DNA of 64,000 bases, taken from Podarcis bocagei (lineage: Eukaryota). The translations under genes and the position numbers were made by a program. Every line of letters starts with the position of its first letter. The first letter of the stretch is position 1. Under the pieces are notes generated by a model. It saw only the letters and a list, made by a program, of their open reading frames with translations. It ran no database searches and was not told where the DNA came from. Location of the stretch: assembly GCA_964188305.1 (NCBI GenBank), contig OZ076889.1, one strand, 5' to 3'. Below are positions 50,878-63,023 of the stretch, one piece after another.

Positions 50878-53800
50878 CACGAGATCAAAAGCCCTTTCAT
50901 GAGCAAAGGGGCATCACAATTGGAGGTGGCCAATTGATTAGTTGCTAAAAATAGGCACAGACCAAAAAAACTACAATTTAAAAATGGTTCTCCAAAGCAT
51001 GGCACATTGTACAAATGTCTAAACTTACTGAGATTGTGAAACTTGGGATAAGGAAGCCAACAAATGGAAACCTTTGTGAAAACATGGCATCTATTCATTA
51101 AATTTGGAAGGCTACGTATACATATCAATATGAATGTTTATACAGGTTTTTAAGTTCAGTAGCATAATTTGTGTTCTTTTTTTGTTTTGTTTAAAAGGCT
51201 TTTTAAAGAGTTTTTAATTTTTTTTAATAATGAAAAAGCTAACAACCACAACAAAACTGTGATGCATCACAAACCGTTTGACTTAGAACTGTAATTACAC
51301 CTAGGAGTTTTGATCGGCTTCAAGCAAATCCAAGTAGCTGAACTGGTCTTCTCTGGAGAGGAAGGGATTTAGCCCAATTTTGTGATACTAATGCAGACAC
51401 AGCCATCTGATGCTAAAATATGTTAATGTGTTGACCAGGTGTGATAGAGAGAAAAAGGGGTTGGGAGTCTGACTTTTGAGAGAAATGGGGGGGGGCATGG
51501 AGAAGAGGAGTGATGACCAAGAAGTTGGGGGGGGGGAGAGATTACAAGGATTTAAGTCTTTAAAGCAGAGACCACCTAACAAGATGACTCTGAAATGCTT
51601 CTAATTTCAGTAAAGCCGCAACCCACCCCCTCCCCTCCCCCATGCCTCCATTGTAAACAACTAATCCCAGCAGAAAACAACAGAGAGTAAAATGTATACT
51701 CATTCTGCAGCATTCCAGGCCTTGCTTTATCTTTTATTTATTTTTCTAAGAGGTCAGAGATTGTTTGAAAGAAGGGGGAGGGAGGGAGGCAAAGACACAG
51801 GCCATCTCTTGTGTGGGCTTGAAGGAAGCTGTTTTAAAGGCAATGTCCAAGAACATACAATCTGGAGTTTTTATAGCAGAGGAATCCCAGGCCTCATTCT
51901 CCGCCCCCCCCCATTTTGTGGTAAAGCTACACAGCTTTAAACCAAAGGACAGGGTGGTCGATTACTTCGGAAAGAAATGTAAAGAATTGGGAAATAATTC
52001 CTTTTCCTGTTGAAACTATAAATAAGGAAGGCTGATTTACACAGTGCCAGAACTGCTGACTTTCAAAGCTTGCTATCTGTCTATAAATCAAGTGCGTTGA
52101 GGGAAGTTAACTCTATACTTAAAGAGAGAGAGAAAAGCAAAGCCTCCACCACCTAAAGGTAGCGAGAGAGCCAAGGAATTGTGGTCTTCTATTCTCTTTA
52201 GCCCCAGAAAAATGCATCTGAGTGAAATCAAACATAGTGTGGAGGAGTGGGGGAATGGGAAGGGTGGGAGACTAAAATCTGCAGCGTTCAGCACACAAGG
52301 AACAGGCTGCAGAAGTCCAAAACACAGCCCATAATTACAGGCTACCCGCCAATTATTTAGGACTCAGTGATTAAAGTAATGAACAGCCATGGAGGAAAAG
52401 GAGCTTAGATGACTGAGGTCAAGACCTCAAGCAGTGCCCCAGCCCTAGACTCAGCTACCCAAAAAGGTATGGATGACAAACCCTTGCCTTCCAGCCAGTC
52501 TACAGACATGGAGAAGCACAACACACCTATTCTTTTATGTGGTGCTTTTAAATGCCAGGGTAGTGGCTAATGGAGCAGCAGCCACCTATTATTTGACACA
52601 GGGCAAGGCTGGCAATGTGGTACACTTCAACAAGCCCTGGCTGGATTTTGCACGAGGGCTTATGCTGCTCTGAAGAGTTGTGAAGGAATATGTGGTGAAT
52701 CATTCAGCCCAGTAAGGGGACAGGAAAGTGTAATTAGCCATAACTTGTAAAGCTTTCATCCTTTTGGTCAAAATTATTGCAAGTTTTGAATATGCATATT
52801 TCATGTTGGAACCTGGGATAGTCTAGAAATCTTGCAGCTGTATTGAACGTTCAGCTTCTTAAAACAATCTGGATCAACCTGTCTCAGAGCTGGTGTCTGT
52901 GACTCCAGGACCTGGTGTCCTAGAAAATGCCGACATCTGTATCAAGGGTGTCAAGACTGGCTCAACATTTCAAGGCTCCTAAGGGAACCACAGATCTCAC
53001 CATGTATTGTATTGGCAGCCCCACAGATGTGGCAGGATATACAGTGGATTTTTAAATTCCATACAAGCCTGGAATCTGCTAACCTGTATTGTGATGGGAC
53101 TAGAATGTTACCTTTGACTGCTTTGTCAGGGCATGACTCTCAGGGACTACTGATCTATGGATCTGACTCGTTTCCGGAACTCAGAATTGCTCACTTAATT
53201 CACAAGTTTTCAAGGTAATGATATAGTCAGTTTCTGGAAAAAGGTCTAATATAACACAGAGGCTGTTGGTACAATTGCTCCTAAGTGCTTCTCTACCCCA
53301 CTCCGAAGCCACCCATAATTGTAGATTCAGTCAGTTACATTGCTTACAGAGAAGCAAAGCAGCAGGAGGAGCGACAATGCAAGTTTAAATCTGACCAAAT
53401 ATGCCACAGAGCCAATCAGAAGGGCTATAATGCGGCATAAAAATCACCAACACAGTTATGCCCAGAAGAGCTGTTCCAGCTGGTACAGAGACTATGTTTC
53501 CCATGTTTGAATATTATGGCATTTAAAGCTAATGTGGACTTTTTATTTTTTTTGCAAAGCAATTTGCAGATAAAATAATACAAGCTTAATATGATTGTTG
53601 AAGCAGAATCCAAAACAGAGATGTCACAGTACCTGCTTGTCAGAACTGCTTAGATACATTTCAGTTGTTGCCGAAATATGTTTCTATTCAGGAATTATTA
53701 GCGCAGTTGTCAAAACCCTGTCCCTAGGTTATTTCACAACTGCTTAACACAATAACATTTATTTCAGCCATGTATTTGTTACAGTGTTTGTGTTACTGGA

Positions 53801-54548
53801 ACATCTTATCTTTGATCATTGGATCATGATGGAAAGGCATTTTATTCTTCCTCATGTGGTCAGATCATTACTTTTGAGATCATATCCCACAGACCTCTGG
53901 ATCGAATTTAAGCCCAAACACTCATTGCAATGCACCTGCACTCTCCATCCTTTCACTTTTCTGCCTAAGAGCAGAACAGATTTCTTTTTTTAAAAACACC
54001 TGTTCTAAAAACAGCATGAGAATTTCTTACTGTGGCCACTTGCTGAATTCAATAAGGCAATAAAGGCTATGGCACTGTTTTGGGAAACAGCTTAATGTTT
54101 GCAGTAACAGCAGACCCCATCACCTTCTATTCTCATATAAAGTACCTCCATATTTCATATGCTTGATTTGGGGAATTATCCATTCAGATAAGTTCTCTTC
54201 AGATTTAGGTACCATTCTCCAACTTTAAAACAGAGTGCAACAGCCTTATGACTTGGAGGAGGGGAAGAGAGAGAGAAGTCACATAAGTGCTATTATATTT
54301 TCATTACTTCTTGCAATATTTTCAGTTATGTACCTTCATCATTGCTTCCAGCAAAGTGCAATGAACAGTTTTGTAGAACTCTTCACTGTAAAAAGCATCA
54401 TGTAAAATTAGGAAGGATGGGGGCAAATGCTACAAATGTCTCAATTCTTCAAGCGGGGACTTGGTCTTTGGGCAGGGCAACAGCATCATCCCCCTCTCCC
54501 ATTAAATCCAGTGGGCATTCCTACAAGCTTATGGGCCATTATGGGTTC

Positions 54549-54557
54549 TGGGTGGTC
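54549..54557 (-). promoter_or_regulatory. Consensus GLI-binding motif in EIF2B3 intron
   Basis: TGGGTGGTC perfect match; function not shown. Confidence 0.45.
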
Positions 54558-57500
54558 TGCTAACTAGAGTCCTTCATAATGGTGAAGGACATGTAAGGTG
54601 TCAAGAAGCGACATTCTCTATTAGTATAATGCAGTGCAGAGCTCATCCTGGAGCTCCAGAGGCATAGTTGGCCAGGCCCAATGCCAAAGCAAGCATCTTG
54701 CTGGCTGTTTCTTGTCTGTCTTTGGCAAGAGCTGCTTTGGCGTTAAATATAAATCTTATATGTAGAATATTTTTGTCCTTTTTAAGTGGTGGACATCTTC
54801 CACAAAGCCCACTCAGTATAAACAGGGAGTTCCAAATTCGTGCTGCTTCAGTTTTGTGGGGCAAATGCTTTCTCCAGAACAGAAACAAATTCTGGTTCAC
54901 ATTAATGCCAGAGCACTTTGTTCAGCCCATACTGCCTGACTGATGGCAAAGTGTCCTCCAGAAAGAATCTACCATTTATCACTGGACATAAGTAGCCTGC
55001 ATCAGTGTGTCCCATATGATCACCCTTAGTCTAGCCCCACAAGCAGCATGCCAAACCGGCAACGGAAGAGGAGGCATTCCTATGACAGTTACCATCCTAG
55101 GATGCAGACCACCACAATATAAAATGTTTTGATCATCTCCACATGAGTTCCACATTATTTGCAGCTTCGCAACTATGAGGTTGGAAACAACTTCATTTTC
55201 TCATTCCTACTCAAGAGGGATTATGTTGTAAAATATATTTTATGATGCCACACAAATATTGCCTTGGCAGCAGGCTTGTTCCCTTGTACGTGTTATACAA
55301 GGTGGGGGTGGGAGAAAGCTTCTGTGCTTGTACCCCTATAAATCCCCAATACCACCCTGGGCTTAATTAGAACTTTCTTCAGATCACTCGCAACTTTGTA
55401 CATCAGGTGCTGATTTGGCACCATCGAGGAAACAACTCATAAACTTCACAATCAATCTGCAGTTAGCAGCCAACTCCTCTTGCCTTGCTGGTTGGGTTTT
55501 TTCTCTCCCCTCCCCCGCCCTTGTACACATTCTCATAGAAAGTAGCATTAAATTGGAGACATGTGGTAGGCGGCAGCGGAGCTTAACTAGACACATGTGC
55601 TCTTTCTCCCATCAGCCTGCTGCCTAGTGAACAGTGAATGCATCTACATCATTCACTCAGGCAGGTAACTGAAAAGGTGCTTTAGAAAAACACAATCACC
55701 ATCAAGCAGCAGCTCATTTCCTAACTATGATTGACTGTAGAAGGTCCCAGATATTTCTATCCCATTTTTCCATATAAACTATAATTGAGGCAGCTTACAA
55801 ACAATCAAGAACAATAAAATAATGTAAGCCAGCTCACAGCAGCAGCTTCAGTAGGAGTAAAATCTTTATCTCCCAAAACGTTTCATTGAAATAAAGCCAC
55901 TGCTCATCTGAAAGTGAAGAGTGATGGGACCAGGTGTACTGGCCTTTGTAGAATGTTCCAGATTCTGGATGCCAAATATATCATCTAGGTTGTGTTCAAA
56001 TATTCTTGTTTATTCCTCCCCAACACTTTCAAAACTCCCAACATTTTATCCAGGCTCTTTCACCTCAACATCCTTGTCTGACCACACTGATTCCCATCAC
56101 AATGATCCTTAGCATTTAAACTGAGCAATTCTCTTGGTGCACTCCACTGAATGAACAGGAGCTATACAAAAGGACAGGGCTTGCTTTCGCAATGCCCATT
56201 CATCTTCAAGCAGCATGAGCAGAATTTCCCCATAGACAGTGCCCTGTGGCAAGGGTGCTATTTGGATTTTGTGCCTCAGACACCAAAGTGCCTGTTCACT
56301 TCCTCACACTTCCCTCAAGTCATCATCCCCACAAGTGACATCCCTTGTCTGTTTTATCACATGATATTGGTAGCTTTCAAGTAACCAGGCCCTTGTCCCA
56401 ACACTTGTCCAAGATTTTATCCTCACCTGTTCCTTGAATTGACCTGTAAATTAGCTAATTAGGCAAGTTACCTCATTTAACAAGTGTCTAAAGTATACAA
56501 AGAGGCATAGCGCTATTACTGAACAATACCTCAAGCGAACTTCATATTGTATTGTGCATGTGAAGCTCATCCACTTGCATTCCCCTTGAAGAATATGCAA
56601 GTCAAGTGATCCTCCACAATGACATCTTTTCAGATGGAGACCCTAGTCATGCAGCATATCTGCCTGGTTGGTGAGGACAGCAGGCGTGAGATCTGTGCAG
56701 ATCACATGCCATAAGTGTGTCTGGCTCACACATTCTGTGAGGTGTCTGTGAGGGGGAGGGGCTCCCACTGCCATCAAAGTGCAAATCAGGGCAGCGATTC
56801 TCTCCGGTCCCTTAACTGGGAGGGGACATGTTTAAGTGGCTGCTAAAGATTTATTAGCTTCAAGCATCAAATGCATTTTTACACACCGCACAAATGGAGG
56901 CCAATATGGATTATCTAGACTAGTTCTAAAAATGCAAGAAAACTGCAGGATTAGAAGTCGTCTATCATTCCTAGATTGAGTGTTCTATTACCATGCTTAT
57001 AGGCAAAAACTCCATGCCTTCACTTGGGGGAGGAAAAAAAGTGGGCCAGAAAGTACTTTGTTGATTTTATCTTGTCTTTTAACACTTCTATCCCAATGGA
57101 TTAACCATGCAGACCCAGAGGCAAACATTTTATATACAAACATAGCCAGCTTAAGCCCATGGCATCTTGGAATGCAGCCGAGCACATCCAGTGTTTTAAG
57201 TAATATGCTGAAAATAAAACTGACTGAATTATACAATAAGAGCAAAGAGCCTGCCAAACATGTTACTGTTACCAATGACATCAGTTTTACTCTGATGACA
57301 TTCACTACCACTTGTCATTTGGCAAGCAATCTTCCCAGATGTGCTGTGCATGCCACATGATAGGCAAAGCCAGCTCAGTGCTGTGAGAACTTGGCTGGAA
57401 GTTCCCAATGGAACGGCTACAGTCTCCTGCCCATGTTATAGTAGCAAACTGAGTATTTTTAACATGGAGAATAATTATAAATTGTAGGGCTCTGTGACAA

Positions 57501-57783
57501 GTTGCAACAGAATCCCTTTTGAATGAGTTGGTTGAGCATGAGACTAGACACCTAGACATTCCTATTAAACAATGCACAGATAATTTGTCAATTGAGTATC
57601 CCTGAGGTGTTTCCTCTACATTCCATTTACATGTTAAAAACTGAAATTTGGGTAAGACCTTGATGTTTCTGCTTCACTGTTTTTTCCAACTTAATGAAAT
57701 TCAAAATTAGCAACTCCAAATGTGGATCTCTCTAGTACTATTGACTAAACTTAAGCTTGGGAATATGCAAGTTTGTCCTTTGT

Positions 57784-57884
57784 CAACTTTGCTTCCAAGA
57801 TTGTTCCTTCCCCGTCCGCTGTCTGGTGTTCCATTTCCCTTGGGAATCAGCATACTTCTTGTGAATCTCCCACCTCTAACCATA
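57784..57884 (+). repeat. Source copy of a 101-bp local duplication
   Basis: Identical to 58266-58366 except one T/C difference. Confidence 0.95.
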
Positions 57885-58248
57885 ACATCTATTAGAATCT
57901 GCAACATAACTAAGAGCCACTACAGTGACCACCATTCCAATTCCCCACTTTCTACATGGCTGTGGAATATCTAGGTTTAAACTCATGGATTTGTGATCCT
58001 GACACCCAGTTTGGCTCTGAGTGGATCATTCTGGGGTTCTAGAATCAACTTTAATGCTACAAAAAACAGAGGCTCGCTTGCTCTGTTGAAAGATACAGTA
58101 AATGGAATAATATGAACGGCATCTTGAAGATATGCTTCTATTAAGATTTTCTCTCCCCAGCACCTTCTGATACTATGCAACAATCCTTGACTGGACTGGT
58201 CACAACAACTGGATTTCAGGCTGTAGAAACTCAGGCAGATTACCTACT

Positions 58249-58422
58249 AGTAGCACCTTAAAGACCAACTTTGCTTCCAAGATTGTTCCTTCCCCGTCCG
58301 CTGTCTGGTGTTCCATTTCCCTTGGGAATCAGCATACTTCTTGCGAATCTCCCACCTCTAACCATAGGAAGGAATTTTTTTATTTTGACTATGGCAGACC
58401 AACACGGCTACCTATCTGTAAC
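58249..58422. mobile_element. Rearranged Penelope-like micro-insertion containing a local duplication
   Basis: AGTAGCACCTTAAAGACCAACT (+), then the 101-bp copy, then inverted GTTACAGATAGGTAGCCGTGTTGGTCTGCCATAGTCAAAATAAAAAAATTCCTTCC (-); flanked by CAGATTACCTACT direct repeats. Confidence 0.75.
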
Positions 58423-60386
58423 AGATTACCTACTGTTAGGGATGGTTGGGGTGGGCTGTGGGAGAGTTGCTTCTACTTAGCTGAACTGGCTTTGATACAG
58501 AGATTGGCTATTAACTCACCAGCCAATCTCTATGCTCACTTCTCATTGCAAGCCACACTCTTCCATTGGTCAAATATGTGGCAGAAGGAGCAGAACAGAA
58601 CCAATGAGAGAGCTTGGAGCCAGGGGTCACCTTTCAGTTATTGCCAGGGGCCGTAGCTGTTTGCATGGTAAGCAGCCTAAAAACAAAAGACTTAAGTGTC
58701 AAACACTTAAGGCATAAATCATGACTCCTACCTTGCCACACTTTAGCCAAAGTAAAAAAGCCAACACCCATTTCCCAGCTGCTGTAATGATTGAAGGAGA
58801 GCATGTGCACTGTGCATGGATGCACCTGGCTGGCAACTGAATAGTCTCTGCAGTGTGGGTAGCAGTTTCTTCCTGGCTGCACAGCTTAGTGCAGTCATTT
58901 GTCACTGAGCCCTTGGGAATGTCCACAAGGAAACATGGGCATTTTCTACACTCCTGCCTGTCACCTGATTTGCCAGCATCTCTCAGCACTTATACTCTTC
59001 TATAAATTACTTCCTTTAACAGCTTTTACCAGTTCACCCCGCCTGCTTGCCAAACCTGGTCAAGCATGCCTGTCATTCAGCACATATGGAACTTGAGTTA
59101 GTTTACTGCCTTCTGAAATGGAAGAGCAAGCGGTGTAGTGAGGAAAGCATTAAGGAGAGAACTGATTATCTCACTTAGCTATATTGGATTCTTTTTAAAA
59201 AAATGCTAAGGATTACTTAACCAAACTAGGAATCTAGACTTGATGTAAAAGAGAACTGGCTCAAAATAACTCTTTCTGTTATAGCAAATCAATGGGCTCA
59301 TGCACGCTAATTAAAAGATAAACATTATTAAAGAGTTGCTTTGATGCAAATTCCAAATGTCTCCACATTTCTTTATTGTTGAAAACAGCACTGTAGGTTG
59401 AACACATGCAGCCAGGTAAAAACTCTCAGGTGAAAAAGTGAGCTAAACCACAACTCTAAAGAGAAGATCCTATCCGTTATTTGGTGCTGAATTCCTGATT
59501 CATTTCATGAAAGCCAAGCAGCACAAGGGCTATTTTGGGTTGATGGGATTTCACAAATACCTTAGAAGAAATACTCAATCTAACACAGAGGAGCTCTATC
59601 AGAGGGTGAATCATGGACAGCAAAGCAGATGGGTAGTGGAATTTTAAATATTCAATATTTAGAAGTGCAGGAAAATATTATTTAATGCCACAGCAGAAGG
59701 TACAGAATAATTTCACACATGAGATATTCAAAATATTTCCCCACCCAATGAACTATCAGCTTTTGATATTTATTGCTAAATGTAGTATTTAAAGCACCCA
59801 GATCCATTTTGTTTGTCAAATGTAGGGTGCTAAATCAGAATAATAAAAAACCTGCAGTTACTCTTTAAATTATTCCATTTGTTTATACACTGGAGATCCT
59901 TATATCCCAAGCTTTCCATTTTCACCAAAAAGCTATTTCCCTCCAAGGTAAAACTCTCAACAGAATATGAGTACCATTTATCAAGCGTAATTCATGGCAC
60001 CAAAACTGTGTGGGATCAATTTAGAAATGAACCAAAGGCTAGCCATTATTTTTGAGCCAAAGGATTTATGTTGTACTCAAAGTTTGGCAACTGGGCACCA
60101 CACTCACCTGTAGTTTCCTTTATTAACTACAGTTTTATCCAGAGATCTGACATCTTTTGCTTCCTCCCCTCCACCCAAGCATGTGGCTGTGAGAACCAAC
60201 TTCACATTTTTCAGGGGTCTCACCACCCTCATGAGAGCTATGAGTCAACGTCAAGCTTAAGCAAAAAGGAGTCAATAGATTGTAGGGTTTCCTATTCACT
60301 AGTGCTCACAGGAAGCTGCTCTGTAAAGGGAGGTGGAAAACATTCATGACAGCTGCCATTCAGGTAACCATTTGTTGTTGTTTTTT

Positions 60387-60492
60387 AAAATATGGAATGC
60401 TTCATGAATTTGTGTGTCATTCTTGCACAGGGGCCATGCTAATCTTCTCTGAATCGTTCCAATTTTAGCATATGTGCTGCCAGAGCAAGCAC
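60387..60492 (-). pseudogene. Full-length U6 snRNA retropseudogene
   Basis: Minus strand reads GTGCTTGCTCTGGCAGCACATATGCTAAAATTGGAACGATTCAGAGAAGATTAGCATGGCCCCTGTGCAAG...TTCCATATTTT, ~10 substitutions versus canonical U6, mostly CpG decay. A-rich tail and flanking direct repeat GTAACCATTTGTT (60364-60376, 60494-60506). Confidence 0.93.
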
Positions 60493-60669
60493 AGTAACCA
60501 TTTGTTTTTATCAAAGGTTAAAACTATGCTGAAGGACTGGAAGGTCAGTGTACCAAAGACTGAGGAAAGCCCTGGGAAACTCCACAGAGGCTGCAATCCT
60601 TGGGGGGATCTGTGAGTCCTACATAAACAAATAATAAATGCTGCCACTTAGCATTTGTGGAGTGTATGG

Positions 60670-61005
60670 AGTGTTAGGAGGACACACCATGCTCCTTTTG
60701 GGGTAGTTTGTCCACCTTTGGTTCCCACCCTGCACTCATCTCTCACCTGTGGCTCCTGGAAGCTGTCAGTATGTGACAGCAGCCACACCCCAGAAATGGC
60801 TTCAACTGGCCAGCTAAAGCAGGTGAGGGTAACCGATGGGTCTCAAACCCTCAGTGAGATTGGGACTTCCCCTGCATGCAAAGACAGGCTACGGTGGATT
60901 GAATGGACGAGACCAATAATGGGTCCAATGGCCAAGAAGATGATTTCTGCACGTGCTGTAGATGGATATGAGGGGAAGAGGGGGCTCGTCAACCTGGGAA
61001 GGTAT
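60670..61005 (+). mobile_element. Probable RTE-clade LINE 5' UTR fragment
   Basis: CTCACCTGTGGCTCC...GCCACACCCC...CAGGTGAGGGTAACCGATGGGTCTCAAACCCTC...GGGGCTCGTCAACCTGGGAAGG resembles RTE-1 5' UTRs as recalled; not verified. Confidence 0.5.
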
Positions 61006-61246
61006 GGTTGTGCTAATGTAATGTTCACCGTAGTGCTACACTGAATGCAACCCCTTACCTTTGCAACTTAACATTTATTTTTCTTTTATCATTTTTCTTT
61101 TGGTCTTGGGAGATGAAAGCTTCTGTCCTGGGGCTTTCAGCCAAGATCAAGTGTGCTTGGGATACTCTTACTTCAGCAGACATTGGTGAGTCAGTAACCA
61201 AAACTTAAATATGTCAAACCACAAAAAAATTAAGAGAACTACCTAC

Positions 61247-61395
61247 CCTTCCTCAATCCTGACAGAGTTCATGATGATACAGTTAGTAATTTTAACTTTG
61301 TCTTTGATCACACATGCAGTACCAATGACAGAATGTTTAATTGCCGTTTTCTCTCCTAGTTGTGTTGATGCACCTACAATGCTGTCAGATCCAAC
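61247..61395 (-). CDS. EIF2B3: eIF2B gamma, internal exon (149 nt)
   Basis: Polypyrimidine/AAG acceptor, [49 protein letters not shown](G), GTAGGT donor. Not shown in the ORF track; read directly. Confidence 0.94.
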
Positions 61396-61769
61396 CTTGA
61401 GAGGAGCAGAAAGAAAACACAGTTAAACTTCCTATTTACCTTTTATGGGTGCTGCTAGGTCCAATGAGCACAGAACAGATACAAAGGACTCATGGAAGCT
61501 TAAATGAAAACCAGCAGGGAAGAACAGTCCCTTACAGCAGACTAGGAGATGGGAACCCAGACAGATATTTGATCTCTGAAAAAAGCTATGCCTTCCCCTA
61601 GTCATACGAAGCATGTTTGTGATCCAAGAGTCTTTTCGCAATAAACAAGGTCTGTTTATTTCTTTTCAGGGCTGTAGAACTAAAGAACTGGCTCCAGGAT
61701 ATGAGTCTTAGCACTGAAGAGGGTGGTGTAAGCTTTGTTCATGTAGAACTGTGTATGTGTGCACTACAG

Positions 61770-61945
61770 CTAGTGGCACCGCCCACCCTGTGGAATGCCC
61801 TCCCATCAGACGTCAAGAAGATGAGTAATTGTATATCTTTTAGGAGACATCTGAAGGCAGTCCTGTATAGGGAAGCTTTTAAGGGTTTAATGTTTTACTA
61901 TGTGTATATATGATGGAAGCCGCCCAGAGTGGCTGGTGCAACCCA
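61770..61945 (+). mobile_element. L2-like LINE 3' end
   Basis: Encodes VAPPTLWNALPSDV...SFRRHLKAVLYREAF, the L2 ORF2 terminus, followed by GCCGCCCAGAGTGGCTGG tail. Confidence 0.8.
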
Positions 61946-61954
61946 CTATAATAA

Positions 61955-61994
<40 letters not shown>
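61955..61994. repeat. (AGAT)n microsatellite
   Basis: About 10 units at the L2 tail. Confidence 0.96.
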
Positions 61995-62397
61995 TAGAGC
62001 AATGGTGTCCAATGGTCAAAGTCTTTGGCTACCACCCTAAAATCTATGAGGAATCAGGAAAAAGTATAATACTACTGTTGGTTGCCATTCTTACTTAGAA
62101 TTTAATACTTTCCAATACATCCTGCTGTAAATGGTAATTGGTTGCATTAGGTGGGGGAAGACAGATCTATCTGACTGAATGCTTACCTCAAGATCTACAA
62201 ATTTGATACATAACAATGATGCCTGTCTGATGGATCAGTTTGAGAGAGGAGCTGACTTGACTTAAAGCTGGATGCATTCTGGCCCAGTCTGTACAATTAT
62301 ATATTGGTTAAATAAGCTGAGCTATGAGTGAACCTTATGCCTGTAGGCATGCAAGCACTTCCCTTTTCAGTGCACCTGAATGCAGTGTGGTAGTTTT

Positions 62398-62568
62398 CAA
62401 TTAACCATAGTTTCTCATATCATCCAAACCAGGAAACTATGGTTACTAGCCTCAAATCAAACCAGCATCTTAAACCATGTTTGAGAGTTTGTTTAAGATC
62501 TTGTCTTTTTCTAAAGTTGGTAACCACAGTTTCCTGGTTCAGATGAAATGGAAAAATAGGGTTAATTT
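62398..62568. mobile_element. Old palindromic MITE
   Basis: AACCAGGAAACTATGGTTAC / GTAACCACAGTTTCCTGGTT inverted arms; a related decayed palindrome lies at ~25950-26250. Confidence 0.55.
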
Positions 62569-62593
62569 GAGACTTCCATACTGCATTCAGGCA

Positions 62594-62769
62594 CCTGGGC
62601 GTAGCCACAGGGAGCAAAGGGGGCAGCTGCCCCCCCAACTACCCCCCTAAATCAGGTAAAGAAATAAATATACTTAACTAACTGACCAATTGTGTCACAG
62701 ATAACTCGGTTCTGCCCCCCTCCCAACATAAAGCCTCCCCGCCAAAAATAAATCCTGGCTATGCCTATG
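62594..62769. mobile_element. hAT MITE
   Basis: Termini CCTGGGCGTAGCCA / TGGCTATGCCTATG; perfect 8-bp TSD TTCAGGCA (62586-62593, 62770-62777). Confidence 0.82.
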
Positions 62770-62945
62770 TTCAGGCATGCTGCAAAAGGGTGTGGCTGCA
62801 TGCATGAACACAATTATCACACATATCTCAACATAGTAAGTCCAAATACAGTCTCTGAGAACTTTCATTGTATTAGGCGGACAGTTAATATGGAAGGAAA
62901 TAATGTAAACTAAGGACTCCCATATAAAGAGATGTTGCTACTCAC

Positions 62946-63023
62946 CAGACCTCTGTCAATTACTTGTGCAGTACAGTGAACCAGAGGTTCTTCTGGGCAA
63001 AGCAAAGACAGCATTTTAGGAAC
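62946..63023 (-). CDS. EIF2B3: eIF2B gamma, internal exon (78 nt)
   Basis: tctttcag acceptor, VPKMLSLLCPEEPLVHCTAQVIDRGL, GTGAGT donor; phase 0/0, in frame with next exon. Upstream exons lie beyond the right edge. Confidence 0.92.

Noticed and set aside
60101-60125. Strong donor-like CAG|GTGAGT on the EIF2B3 strand (cryptic exon or recursive site)
   Set aside because: No polypyrimidine tract or acceptor upstream, and the four real exons already join in frame.
60655-61044. 129-aa plus-strand ORF as a possible nested gene or processed pseudogene
   Set aside because: No recognisable protein; overlaps a probable RTE 5' UTR fragment.
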